The notes under the pieces: generated by a model
The model's database searches: none
The model's input: the letters and a program-made list of their open reading frames with translations, nothing else
Told to the model about the DNA's origin: nothing
Program-made: the position numbers and the translations under genes
In this document: one piece after another, positions 45,192 through 54,899 of the stretch
Numbering within the stretch: the first letter of the stretch is position 1
Layout of the letters: every line of letters starts with the position of its first letter
DNA from: an uncultured Candidatus Saccharibacteria bacterium
Lineage (GTDB): Bacteria > Patescibacteriota > Minisyncoccia > 2-02-FULL-40-12
Assembly (NCBI GenBank): GCA_964368135.1
Contig: CAYIZI010000002.1
Coordinates: 16,241-80,240, forward strand
Direction of reading: 5' to 3'
DNA length: 64,000 nt

Positions 45192-46088
45192 TTAACCGAA
45201 AATCTTTTTAAATTTTGATGAAATTTTTTGCCCCAGCAGTTTAAATAATCTGCTAAAACTTATATCTGACTGATAATGCCAGCCTGAAAACCATTCAGGC
45301 AACCCTTCTTCTTTTGCTTTATGAGTTGTATTAACGGCCAGAACCGCTTTGAATAATGCGTTATTGTGGCTGGCTGAGAAAGCCGATATATCCTTAGGTA
45401 AACAGTGCCCTCTAAATGATCTGCCATACCGGAGATAATTCCTGTTCTCAAACAGAAAATTTAAAATGTTATCGGGATTGACGCTGCTTTGTTGAACGGC
45501 ATTGCCAAACTCATTCACAAAAGCAATCCTGGTCGCATTCCATATATTTGACAGATATTTTATATAGGAAGCCTCTTCCGGTGTCCCTTCAAAAACTTTA
45601 TTGGCTTGGCCCTGCCATTTTTTCAGAAAACTCGGCTTCAATATGTTATTCCGCGCACCAATTGCAAGATAATATGGGTGGAAACATTCTTCCACGCCAT
45701 GTTTCTCATGTAAAAATTCCGGAACATAAAAATCAAAGTCAAGTTTTTGTAAATGCTTGGGTAAAACTGTGGAGCGTAAAATTATTCTGCCCTTAGCGCT
45801 TTTAACCGAGCCAAGAGCTTCTTTAATTAAAGAAATATCCTGATTACCTTTTTCATCAACCCGATCACCAACACAGACAAGATACCAAGTATTTTCACTA
45901 TCCTGCTCTAAAGCATTATTTAACGGCCTAATCTTTTCATAAGCCTTTTCGTAATTTGGATATCTCTTTTCTGGATTCACTATATCATAGTAAAAAACCG
46001 GATGACCCATCATCGTTAAAGCCAAAGCATTGGCCTGCCCGACCCAGCCATAACCAATAACCACAATTTTTTCTTTTGAGCCGGTCAT
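45192..46088 (-). CDS. nucleotide-sugar dehydrogenase family protein, short form lacking the C-terminal nucleotide-sugar-binding domain
   Basis: VIGYGWVGQANA (GxGxxG) and a catalytic Cys context GHCLPKD resembling UDP-glucose dehydrogenase GGSCFPKD. Only 298 aa. Confidence 0.45.
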   Translation of the reverse strand: MTGSKEKIVVIGYGWVGQANALALTMMGHPVFYYDIVNPEKRYPNYEKAYEKIRPLNNALEQDSENTWYLVCVGDRVDEKGNQDISLIKEALGSVKSAKGRIILRSTVLPKHLQKLDFDFYVPEFLHEKHGVEECFHPYYLAIGARNNILKPSFLKKWQGQANKVFEGTPEEASYIKYLSNIWNATRIAFVNEFGNAVQQSSVNPDNILNFLFENRNYLRYGRSFRGHCLPKDISAFSASHNNALFKAVLAVNTTHKAKEEGLPEWFSGWHYQSDISFSRLFKLLGQKISSKFKKIFG

Positions 46089-47779
46089 ATTAATTTGTTT
46101 CTCTCTAAATAATTAATGGTTTTTTTAACGCATTGATTAACATTTTCCTTATGAGTATCCAACCTTATTTGAGGACTTAACGGCCGCTCATAAGGGTCGG
46201 AAATCCCGGTAAAATGCTGGATTAATCCTTGGCGGGCTTTCTGATAAAGGCCTTTAGTATCTCGTTTCTCACAAATCTCAAGCGGACAATCACAGAAAAC
46301 CTCTATAAAATTCTTGGCTTCTTTTTTTGCCATTTCTCTGTGTTTTAGATAAGGAGAAATAAAAGAAGCGACAACGCCGATTGAATTTTTACTCAATAAA
46401 CCCGCCAAGTATCCGGCCCGTCTGATATTTTCATCTCTGTCCTCTTTTGAAAAGCCCAAGTCTTTCCCTAAGTACTGCCGGAAAATATCTCCGTCTAACC
46501 GTTCTGCTTTAATGCCGCGTCTTTGCAAGATCTCGTAAACTTTATTGGAAATCGTGGTTTTGCCAGCCTGGGAAAGCCCAGTAAACCAGAGAACAAAACC
46601 TGATTTAGAGTTTGAATTATCTTTATATATCCCGTCAACCAAGGCATTATTACTCATTGAAAGAAAATTGTAAATTTCAGGATAAATAAACCATTCTGGC
46701 GGCTCCTGCTTTTCTTTCAAATAATTTCTGAACATTGTCCCGCTGAAAGAAGTTTTCTGGGCTTTGGGATATGAATTTGTAAAACCGTGTTGAGTAAATT
46801 GAGGATAATAAACCACTTCTGGAAATTTCAGAATTTCTATACCGATTTCATCTTTTTTAAAATTACTGAATATTTCTTGGGCGGCAAAAGGCGGATAATA
46901 GCTGCCCACCCCGGCATGATCGCGGCCAACAATAAAATGGGTTGCCCCGTAGTTTTTCCTAACTAAGGCGTGCAAAGCCGCTTCTCTTGGCCCGGCGTAT
47001 TTCATTTTCAAAGGTAAAATGCCCAAAAATACCTTATTTGAGGGAAAATATTTATCGATTAATATCTGATAGGAGGCCAGGATATACTCGTCTTTGAAAT
47101 CGCCTACTTTCTTCTCGCCCATAACCGGCTGAATAAAAAGACCGTCGGTTAATTTAAGGGCTTCTTTTTGAACAAACTCATGACCGCGATGAGGAACGTT
47201 GCGAGTCTGAAATCCGGCCACTGTTTTCCAACCTCTTTTTTGAAATATCTTTCTTGTCTCGCTTGGAAAAAAATTATATTCCGGAAAAAGAGTTTTTGAA
47301 TTATCCAACAACAAAACCTCACCGCCGATTAAATATTTTTTCATTTTGTAGACATAAGCCACGCCCGGATGCTCTTTGTCTAATGTCTGAAAAACATTTT
47401 GGTTAAATTCTTCTTTGCTGAAAGGATAAATTTCAATATCCTTAAGAACGGCAATTAGTTTTTTATCAGAATCAATTAGTAAAACCAGTTTTTCTTTTCT
47501 TAATCTTTTTGAATCTTCTTCTGAAATATCCAAAACAATTGGAATCGGCCAAACCACTCCATTAATTAGTCTCATCTTTAAAAGAACACTCTTAAAATCT
47601 TTTTCTCTTAAAAATCCAATAAGCGGCGAATAAACGCCGTTGGCTATATTTTTTACTTCCTGAATCTGGTCTTTAGTTAAATTAAGAGATTTTAACTTTT
47701 TGGCTTTAGATAAAAATTCTTCTTTTTTTAAAGAAGATAAAACTTTATTTATCAATTTCCCGCCGTGCGGTTGAATCAT
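46085..47779 (-). CDS. bifunctional sulfate adenylyltransferase / adenylylsulfate kinase (PAPS synthase; Sat-CysC fusion)
   Basis: ATP sulfurylase QTRNVPHRGHEF motif in the N-terminal two thirds; the APS kinase P-loop GLSQAGKTT and downstream kinase motifs in the C-terminal ~180 aa. Confidence 0.8.
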   Translation of the reverse strand: MIQPHGGKLINKVLSSLKKEEFLSKAKKLKSLNLTKDQIQEVKNIANGVYSPLIGFLREKDFKSVLLKMRLINGVVWPIPIVLDISEEDSKRLRKEKLVLLIDSDKKLIAVLKDIEIYPFSKEEFNQNVFQTLDKEHPGVAYVYKMKKYLIGGEVLLLDNSKTLFPEYNFFPSETRKIFQKRGWKTVAGFQTRNVPHRGHEFVQKEALKLTDGLFIQPVMGEKKVGDFKDEYILASYQILIDKYFPSNKVFLGILPLKMKYAGPREAALHALVRKNYGATHFIVGRDHAGVGSYYPPFAAQEIFSNFKKDEIGIEILKFPEVVYYPQFTQHGFTNSYPKAQKTSFSGTMFRNYLKEKQEPPEWFIYPEIYNFLSMSNNALVDGIYKDNSNSKSGFVLWFTGLSQAGKTTISNKVYEILQRRGIKAERLDGDIFRQYLGKDLGFSKEDRDENIRRAGYLAGLLSKNSIGVVASFISPYLKHREMAKKEAKNFIEVFCDCPLEICEKRDTKGLYQKARQGLIQHFTGISDPYERPLSPQIRLDTHKENVNQCVKKTINYLERNKLI

Positions 47780-49449
47780 AGTTTATAAACAATAAAACCG
47801 CTTTGTTCAAAAATCTTGTCAAAATTCTGCTTATCTAAATGCCAACCCTGGTCTTTATTAGTATCCCAAATAATATAATCAACCCGGTATTTTTTCAATC
47901 TTTTTCCAAAATTATCTTTTCGGATCTCTTGAGCCACGGCGATGACTTTATTTATTTCTTCTTCCGGCAGCCGAGTCTCGTCTTTTAATTTAAGACCTAA
48001 CAATCTCCGCCATTTGTTGGCCTGGACCGCGTCGCCATATTTATCCGCATATCGAACTCCCCAAATCGCCCTCTCGTTTTCAAATACAAAGTCTCGATCA
48101 AGCTCTTCAAAAAAATTATTTAAAATAAAGCGCTCCTGGATTTCAGTATCAGACATTATAAACAAATTAGCATTACGGGAATAATAAACATTATTGGCCG
48201 TATATACCGGAAGAAAACTTGAAATTTCTTCATTGGCGTAAACAACCGAATCAAAAGTAGTATTTTCATTAAACCAATCAAAAACCGTTTTATATTTCTG
48301 GCTATAAATAGCTTGGTCTGAAATCCTTAAAGTTTTATTTACATAATCATTGACTCCCTGGAAAACAAAAAAGCCAATAATCAATAAAAATACTCCTCGC
48401 CAAATATTGTTCAAATGAAATTTACTTGTCGAAGCAAAAAGATAGTAAAGAGTAAAAACCATAAAAAATATTGCCAACATTCGGTAGTGGCCGAATTCGA
48501 ACTTTTGGCCGGTAATAATATTCTGGTTGGTAACTATTAAAATGGAAACAATACCAGCAATAAAAAATAAAATCTCTTTGTTTATTCTGATGGTTTTCAA
48601 CCGATGCAAAACTCCTATCAAAAGCAAAACTATCAATGATAGAGCAACTGTTTTGATTTCAGACGGCGAACGAGAAAAAACCAATTGAAGACGGGTTAAG
48701 GTCTCTTGATACTCTGGGAGTTCGGCTGCTAAAAAAGTAAAGTAAAAATAAACAGAACCAATAATTAGACCGCCGATTAAAATTTTCAAAAATTGCTTTG
48801 ATAGTAATCTATCTCTGAAAAAAGAGATAAAAACTAAAATGACTAAAAATACTAGGTAAAAAGTCCAATAAAAGGGATAGATATAAAATAAGAGTCCAAA
48901 ATTTATAATATTTAATGGTAAAATCCATTTTTTAGGACGATCCTTAATAAGGAGCCAAAGCAAAGTAAATTGGGTTAGCCAAAATAAAAATACGAACTGA
49001 GGAATAATCGGCCGGGTAAATTTAAAAATAAAAATTCCGAAAAACAAAAAAACGGCAAAAATATTAGCCCAAAATTTTGAAGGACGTATTAAATAAAAAG
49101 CTATGTAAGTTAGAATAAAAACAGTAGCCGGAAGAATAAAACTGTAAAGTATCCTTCCTTGAACAACCGAAAGATTTAAAAATTTCAACGGCTGGGCTAA
49201 AAGAAATTCGGGCAAAAATAATTGTTGGGGCAGTTGATTTTTATGTTCGGATAAATAGGCATTGCCTAAAGTTGGATGGCCATCTATGACGTCTTTAATT
49301 CTAGCCAGATAAAAGAGCTCATCATCTATGATTTGAGGCAAAATTCCTTTATACTCACCACCCAGTGAAATCTGAAAATAAAAAAACGGCAGAATCATTA
49401 AAAAACCTAAAACTAAAGCTATAATTAAAATTGGCCAATGATTTTTCAC
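47776..49449 (-). CDS. polytopic membrane protein, GT-C-like glycosyltransferase candidate (partner of the DPM-synthase-like GT2)
   Basis: 557 aa with about 12 TM helices and a C-terminal soluble region. 4-nt overlap with the GT2 gene. Confidence 0.4.
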   Translation of the reverse strand: MKNHWPILIIALVLGFLMILPFFYFQISLGGEYKGILPQIIDDELFYLARIKDVIDGHPTLGNAYLSEHKNQLPQQLFLPEFLLAQPLKFLNLSVVQGRILYSFILPATVFILTYIAFYLIRPSKFWANIFAVFLFFGIFIFKFTRPIIPQFVFLFWLTQFTLLWLLIKDRPKKWILPLNIINFGLLFYIYPFYWTFYLVFLVILVFISFFRDRLLSKQFLKILIGGLIIGSVYFYFTFLAAELPEYQETLTRLQLVFSRSPSEIKTVALSLIVLLLIGVLHRLKTIRINKEILFFIAGIVSILIVTNQNIITGQKFEFGHYRMLAIFFMVFTLYYLFASTSKFHLNNIWRGVFLLIIGFFVFQGVNDYVNKTLRISDQAIYSQKYKTVFDWFNENTTFDSVVYANEEISSFLPVYTANNVYYSRNANLFIMSDTEIQERFILNNFFEELDRDFVFENERAIWGVRYADKYGDAVQANKWRRLLGLKLKDETRLPEEEINKVIAVAQEIRKDNFGKRLKKYRVDYIIWDTNKDQGWHLDKQNFDKIFEQSGFIVYKL

Positions 49450-50147
49450 TTTTTAAACTTTAATTTAAATGGCAGCCAAATTGCCTCCCAAATGTTTTTG
49501 AAAGACATCTTTGACTGGCCCTCTCTTCTTTCGTTAAAAATAATCGGATGTTCGGAAATTTCGTAGCCGGCTTTAAAGATTTTGTATTTAAATTCAACCA
49601 AAAAAGCATAGCCCTCTGATTTTATTGAATCTAAATCAACATTTTTTAATATATCTTTGCGAAAACACATAAAGCCGGTGGTCAAATCATGAATTGGCAC
49701 GCCAAGGATTGTTCTGGCATAAAAGTTGGCGAAGCGGCTTAAAAGTTTCCGTCGCAAATCCCAGTTCTCAATCTTACCATCTTGAACATAGCGAGAACCA
49801 ATAACTATGTTATGCCCTGATAACTTTTTCACCATTTCCGGCACTTCTTTATGGTCATGAGAAAAATCGGCATCCATCATTACCACCGTTTCAAAGTTTT
49901 CTTCGTTTATTATTTTTTTGAAGCCATCGAGGTAGGACTTGCCAAAACCCTTATTGTTAAATCTCTGGTGAAGGGCCAGTCGCGGAAATTTATCCTGCAA
50001 CCCTCTTACGACCTCGGCCGTGCCGTCAGGCGAATTATCATCTATTACCAAAATCGAAACTTCGGGATGATGTTCAAAAATACTCTGCGTCAAAGAAGAG
50101 ATATTCTCTTTTTCATTGTAAGTCGGAATAATAATTAAGATTTTCAT
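49446..50147 (-). CDS. GT2 polyprenyl-phosphate sugar synthase (dolichol-phosphate mannosyltransferase/ArnC-like)
   Basis: IIIPTYNE...DDNSPDGT...DAD motifs typical of DPM1/ArnC-type GT2. Confidence 0.75.
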   Translation of the reverse strand: MKILIIIPTYNEKENISSLTQSIFEHHPEVSILVIDDNSPDGTAEVVRGLQDKFPRLALHQRFNNKGFGKSYLDGFKKIINEENFETVVMMDADFSHDHKEVPEMVKKLSGHNIVIGSRYVQDGKIENWDLRRKLLSRFANFYARTILGVPIHDLTTGFMCFRKDILKNVDLDSIKSEGYAFLVEFKYKIFKAGYEISEHPIIFNERREGQSKMSFKNIWEAIWLPFKLKFKK

Positions 50148-50190
50148 CCCTATTCTTGAATTACATTACATATGTAATATAATTCAAGAG

Positions 50191-51375
50191 TCAAATTTTA
50201 TTGATTATAAACTCTAAAATTTTTTCTGCTCTTTTCTGCCAGGTATAATTTTGTACGTCCTTAAAAGCATTTCTGCTTATTTTTTCGGCCAAATCTGAAT
50301 TCTCTAAAATCTTTTTTATGCCGGCAACAAAACCACTTAGATTTTCTGATTTTACCAAAACGGAATTCTCTTCATTAAGTACTTCTCTGACGGTTGGCAA
50401 ATCAGTGGCCACAATCGGTCTTTTTGAGGCCATATACTCAAAAAGCTTTAAAGGCGACATATAAAATGCATAGTGCTGTATATTCGGAAAGGGCATTATT
50501 AAAATATCAAAAGCTTTTAAATAAACCGGAATTAAATTATGCTTAATCCGGCCAACAAATAAAATCCGCTCATTTAAATTCTCTTTTTCACTTAATTTTT
50601 TGTAATAATCTATATCTTTTTTAATTCCGCCGACTAAAACAAGGGTGCAATCTTTTGGTAAAAACTTGATAGATTCAATCGCAAAATCAACCCCCTTTTT
50701 CATGCCCATTGTTCGGAGTTGGCCGACATAGCCAATAAGGATTTTATCCGGCGGCAAATTCAATTTTTTTCTTACCTCTTCTTTGGAAACATCTATGTCA
50801 AATTCTTCTAAATCAACCGCGTCTGGAGCAACTAAAATATTTTCCGGACCGAAACCAAACTTAACAAACTCATTTTTTAAGTTATTAGTAATAACGATAA
50901 TTTTTAGATTAAGTTCCTTAAATCTTCTATAAAAACGAATTACCGCTCTGCTTTTTGAAAAACGATGAGCTTCAAAAAAAATGTTTTTTTTGAAAAAACT
51001 TAAAAAATATAAGGGCAGCTCGTCTCGGGAATAAATAAAATCAGCTCGGTAAAAAATTGCATAAAAGGTAACGAAAACTGCCGAAATAAAGCTTTTTATA
51101 AAAAAGGATAATTTATCTGATTTCCCAGGTAAGTAAAAATCAATGGCTGGAATTTTTTTAATCCTGAAATTCTTCTTAACTCCGTAATAAGAAAAAAGGT
51201 CCTCTTTAACAGGATTAATTCTAAAAGGATATACGAGTTTCACTTCAATGCCTTTTTGGGCAAGAGCTTCGCAGGTTTTTGAGATTTGAAGCCCATATGC
51301 TTTTTCAGTCGGCAGCCTTTGATTAACTAAATAGAAGAGCTGTTTTCCCATTTTTTTAAATTTTTTGCTATCCAA
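50191..51375 (-). CDS. glycosyltransferase family 4
   Basis: GT-B C-terminal domain (PIVATDLPTVREV). Confidence 0.65.
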   Translation of the reverse strand: MDSKKFKKMGKQLFYLVNQRLPTEKAYGLQISKTCEALAQKGIEVKLVYPFRINPVKEDLFSYYGVKKNFRIKKIPAIDFYLPGKSDKLSFFIKSFISAVFVTFYAIFYRADFIYSRDELPLYFLSFFKKNIFFEAHRFSKSRAVIRFYRRFKELNLKIIVITNNLKNEFVKFGFGPENILVAPDAVDLEEFDIDVSKEEVRKKLNLPPDKILIGYVGQLRTMGMKKGVDFAIESIKFLPKDCTLVLVGGIKKDIDYYKKLSEKENLNERILFVGRIKHNLIPVYLKAFDILIMPFPNIQHYAFYMSPLKLFEYMASKRPIVATDLPTVREVLNEENSVLVKSENLSGFVAGIKKILENSDLAEKISRNAFKDVQNYTWQKRAEKILEFIINKI

Positions 51376-52067
51376 TTGCTTGCCTTTAGCAACGAATCAA
51401 AAGATGAACCAGTATCCACCCATTGGCCATTTATAGTTTCGTAAAAGAGCCGGTTTTCTTTTAGATATAAATTATTCAAATCGGTAATCTCTAGTTCTTG
51501 GCGCTTTGAAGGTTTTAATTTTTTTATTTTCTGAAACACGTCATTGCTGTACAGATAAAAACCAGTAACCGCGTATTTTGATTTTGGCTTTTTCGGCTTT
51601 TCTTCTATCCTGATTATTTTTTCATGACTGTTAAATACCGGAACGCCGAAATTGTGCGGGTCTTTTACTTTTTTCAGAAAAACCATGGCCCCGCCTTTAA
51701 AACTCTTAATCTCTTTTTGAAAGCTTTTTGTATAAAAATTATCGCCTAAGATTACGGCGACATTATCCCCTTCGGCAAAATATTCGGCGTAACTCAAAGC
51801 GTCGGCAATACCGCCGTCATTTTTATCCTGCAAAGCAAAAGATAATTTAACTCCGTACTCTTTTCCGGAACCCAAAAAATTCATAAAGTGCCCGGCATGC
51901 TCTCTTCCGCAGACAACCATTATATCAGTCACGCCGGAGTTTCTAAGGGTCTGTAAGGAATACAAAATCATCGGTTTGTCATAAACCGGCAGTAAATGCT
52001 TATTAGTTATCAGGGTCAGCGGTTGTAACCGGGTGCCTAAGCCGCCGGCCAGAATCACGCCATGCAT
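51327..52067 (-). CDS. rmlA: glucose-1-phosphate thymidylyltransferase
   Basis: MHGVILAGGLGTRLQPLT signature. The start is taken at the internal ATG that overlaps the rmlB stop (ATGCAT...TAA); the track ORF is extended to 52124. Confidence 0.8.
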   Translation of the reverse strand: MHGVILAGGLGTRLQPLTLITNKHLLPVYDKPMILYSLQTLRNSGVTDIMVVCGREHAGHFMNFLGSGKEYGVKLSFALQDKNDGGIADALSYAEYFAEGDNVAVILGDNFYTKSFQKEIKSFKGGAMVFLKKVKDPHNFGVPVFNSHEKIIRIEEKPKKPKSKYAVTGFYLYSNDVFQKIKKLKPSKRQELEITDLNNLYLKENRLFYETINGQWVDTGSSFDSLLKASNWIAKNLKKWENSSSI

Positions 52068-52069
52068 AT

Positions 52070-53104
52070 TTATTTCTTGATATGCGGATTTAAGGCCTCT
52101 TTCTTTTTTATGGCCTTCATCCAATCCTGGTTTTTAACATACCAATCAATTGTCTTGTAAAAAGCATCTTTAAATCTGTATTGCGGCCGCCAGCCAAGTT
52201 CTCTTTTAATTTTTGCCCAGTCCAGCGAATAGCGGCGGTCATGCCCGGGCCGGTCAGCGACAAATTCTATCCAGGCTTCATCTTTGCCAAAATAATTTAG
52301 GATCATTTTGGCTATTTCCAGATTACTTCTTTCATTATCGGCTCCGATATTATAAGTTTCTCCCGGTTTCCCTTTGAGCAAACAGGCTTCAATTCCCCGG
52401 CAATTATCTAAAACGTAAATCCAGTCGCGCATATTTTTACCATCTCCATAAAGCGGTAATTTCTTATTTTCCAGCATTCTTAAAATGAAAAAGGGAATCA
52501 ATTTTTCCGGATACTGATAAGGGCCAAAATTATTGGCGCTGTGAGTGACTATTACTGGCACGCCCCAAGTTTTCCAGTAAGAGCGGCACAAAAGATCGCC
52601 TCCGGCTTTGGTGGCGGAATAAGGATTATTTGGAGCAAAAGAAGTAGTTTCTTTAAATTTATTTTTTGACCCTAAATCAATGGCTCCGTAAACCTCATCA
52701 GTAGAAATCTGGACATACTTTTTAACCCAAGGAGAATTTTTAACTGCTTCAAGCAGATTGTGGACGCCGACAATATTGGCCTGAATAAATCCAAGCGAAC
52801 CATTGTGAATGCTTTTATCAACGTGGGTGGCCGCGGCGAAATTTACGATATAATCCGGCTTATGTTTATTGATAACTTCACGAAGATTTTGGAAATCGGA
52901 AATATCTCCTTCAACAAATTTATACTTTTTGTTTTTCTCAATATCCCTTAGATTTAACTTGCTGCCTGAATAATTTAAACTGTCTAAATTTATGATTTTA
53001 ATCCGCGGATATTTAGAGAGAATATAACGGATAAAGTGAGAACCGATGAAACCGGAGCCGCCGCTAACAAGAATAGTTTGATTATTAAAATTTGTATTCT
53101 TCAT
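52070..53104 (-). CDS. rmlB: dTDP-glucose 4,6-dehydratase
   Basis: SGGSGFIGSHF Rossmann motif and catalytic YSATK; 344 aa. Confidence 0.8.
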   Translation of the reverse strand: MKNTNFNNQTILVSGGSGFIGSHFIRYILSKYPRIKIINLDSLNYSGSKLNLRDIEKNKKYKFVEGDISDFQNLREVINKHKPDYIVNFAAATHVDKSIHNGSLGFIQANIVGVHNLLEAVKNSPWVKKYVQISTDEVYGAIDLGSKNKFKETTSFAPNNPYSATKAGGDLLCRSYWKTWGVPVIVTHSANNFGPYQYPEKLIPFFILRMLENKKLPLYGDGKNMRDWIYVLDNCRGIEACLLKGKPGETYNIGADNERSNLEIAKMILNYFGKDEAWIEFVADRPGHDRRYSLDWAKIKRELGWRPQYRFKDAFYKTIDWYVKNQDWMKAIKKKEALNPHIKK

Positions 53105-53113
53105 ATCTAAAAA

Positions 53114-54283
53114 TCACAAGCTTCTCAAAAATTTTTCCAATTTCCTGGCCACGACCCGATGACTATATTTAACCAGCATATATTCCCGGCCCTCCTCGCC
53201 CATTTTCTTTCTAACTTCTGAATTTGAAGCTAAACGAATCATCGCTTGGGCCAGGGCTTGAGGATTTTTCGGTTCTATTAAAACTCCGGTCTTGCCATCA
53301 AGGACAGCTTCGCTTATCGCTCCGATTTTTGTAGAAATTACCGGCAAACCACTGGCAGATGCTTGAAGAATTGACCAACCATACTGCTCCTCCCAGCCCT
53401 GTCTTGGTTCGGATGGATGAACAAAAATGTCACTGGAAGCCAAAATCGGCGGGAGCTGGTCATTGGGCAGCCATTCAATAAACAAAATTTTATCTCCCAG
53501 AGAAAGCTTTCTTGCCAACTCCCTGGCCTCCTGCCAAAGCGGACCCATTCCTATCATTACCAAGTGAGATGAGGGAACCTGTTTAACTACTTTACTAAAA
53601 GCCTTGATAGTTGTAAATACGCCTTTTCTTTCATCAAACACAGCTCCGAAAAGAAAAACTACTTTATTTTCTAAATTATACTTTTTTCTAAAATCATTGG
53701 GGATATCAGGTTTAAATAAATCTGAGTCAACTCCTGATTGAGGAATAACTTCGGTTCTAATTATTGAATTCAGATAAGGCTTTAAAACATCGTAAGCCTG
53801 TTTTGACCCGCATAAAGCTCCGGCGCTTAAATTAATATTTTGTCTTATCAAGCATTCTTTAATTTTTAATTTTGGCCCGCTGGCTATTTCAGGATAAGGA
53901 AGATTCTGCCAGGTTAAAAAAACATGTTTTAGGCCGAGTTTCTTGCAAAGCCGGCTATATAAATATGTAGTCAGTAAATACGGCTCGGCCGAACTTAAAA
54001 GCACGTCGCCAGGTTTTGAAAGCTTTCTCAAAATTGTGCCTAAATTCGGCATCCAAGCCTTTAACAGGCCTCCGATAATGGGATAGCGTGAGTGATAAAA
54101 AGGCGCCCAGGCAGGAATTATAGAAAAATCAGAACTTTGCGGAGGCTTAACTATTAACTTGCCGCCTTTGGCCTTCCAAATTTTTGGTAAAATAAAAACC
54201 AGATCTTCTTTGTTTGTAAAATAATCAAAAACACGAAGGTGCCGTTCATAAATGTATGTGTATGATGGAATGAATATGGCCAT
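53114..54283 (-). CDS. glycosyltransferase family 4
   Basis: GT-B C-terminal motif (QASASGLPVISTKIG). Confidence 0.7.
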   Translation of the reverse strand: MAIFIPSYTYIYERHLRVFDYFTNKEDLVFILPKIWKAKGGKLIVKPPQSSDFSIIPAWAPFYHSRYPIIGGLLKAWMPNLGTILRKLSKPGDVLLSSAEPYLLTTYLYSRLCKKLGLKHVFLTWQNLPYPEIASGPKLKIKECLIRQNINLSAGALCGSKQAYDVLKPYLNSIIRTEVIPQSGVDSDLFKPDIPNDFRKKYNLENKVVFLFGAVFDERKGVFTTIKAFSKVVKQVPSSHLVMIGMGPLWQEARELARKLSLGDKILFIEWLPNDQLPPILASSDIFVHPSEPRQGWEEQYGWSILQASASGLPVISTKIGAISEAVLDGKTGVLIEPKNPQALAQAMIRLASNSEVRKKMGEEGREYMLVKYSHRVVARKLEKFLRSL

Positions 54284-54284
54284 T

Positions 54285-54899
54285 TTATTTATTTAATCTC
54301 TCCAAAACAAAAAAATGGTGGAAAGGCGATTCAGGATTGATATAATCTTTTAAAATTTTAAAGCCGACTTGCCTGATTTCTTTTTTAACTTTTCTTAAAG
54401 AATAATTATGCTTGCCTATTTCCCAGTAGTGCTCGCCGTCAAACTTATGTTTAACTAACCCAGAAATTTTGAAAAAAATTTTAATCCTCTTTATTAGCGG
54501 TGCCTTAAAAATCGCGTAAAAAGTCCAACCCCAATGAGGCAAAGAAATCACGGCGTATTTTTGGGAAATCCTTTTTATCTCGCTTAAAGCTTTTCTAAAA
54601 TTTTCATAGGGTAAATGTTCAAGAACCTGAAAACAAACTACCAACTCAAAAGAACTGCCTTTAAAAGGAATGTCCAAAACACTGCCGACCACATCGGGTT
54701 TTCTTTCGGGATTAATGTCCAACGAAACAATATCTATACCTGATTTCTTTAAATAGTCATATAAAAACCCATTGCCCTTCCCGATTTCGAGAACGCTTGA
54801 TGGATTTAAATTAAAAACCTCTCTGGCTTGATACCAATAGCTCATCCAGCGATGCTCGTGGTCATAATTTTTGGGATTAAAATGGTCCTTATCGGTCAT
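54285..54899 (-). CDS. class I SAM-dependent methyltransferase
   Basis: VLEIGKGNGFLYDYL motif I. Confidence 0.55.
   Translation of the reverse strand: MTDKDHFNPKNYDHEHRWMSYWYQAREVFNLNPSSVLEIGKGNGFLYDYLKKSGIDIVSLDINPERKPDVVGSVLDIPFKGSSFELVVCFQVLEHLPYENFRKALSEIKRISQKYAVISLPHWGWTFYAIFKAPLIKRIKIFFKISGLVKHKFDGEHYWEIGKHNYSLRKVKKEIRQVGFKILKDYINPESPFHHFFVLERLNK

Noticed and set aside
51327-52124. N-terminal 19-aa extension of rmlA in the ORF track (and similar extensions for thyX, the E1beta-like gene and the cytidylyltransferase-like gene)
   Set aside because: Internal ATGs give canonical N-termini (MHGVILAGG; MHKVEP with Shine-Dalgarno; MKGST; MGKVV) and remove implausibly long gene overlaps. The shorter coordinates are reported in the features above.
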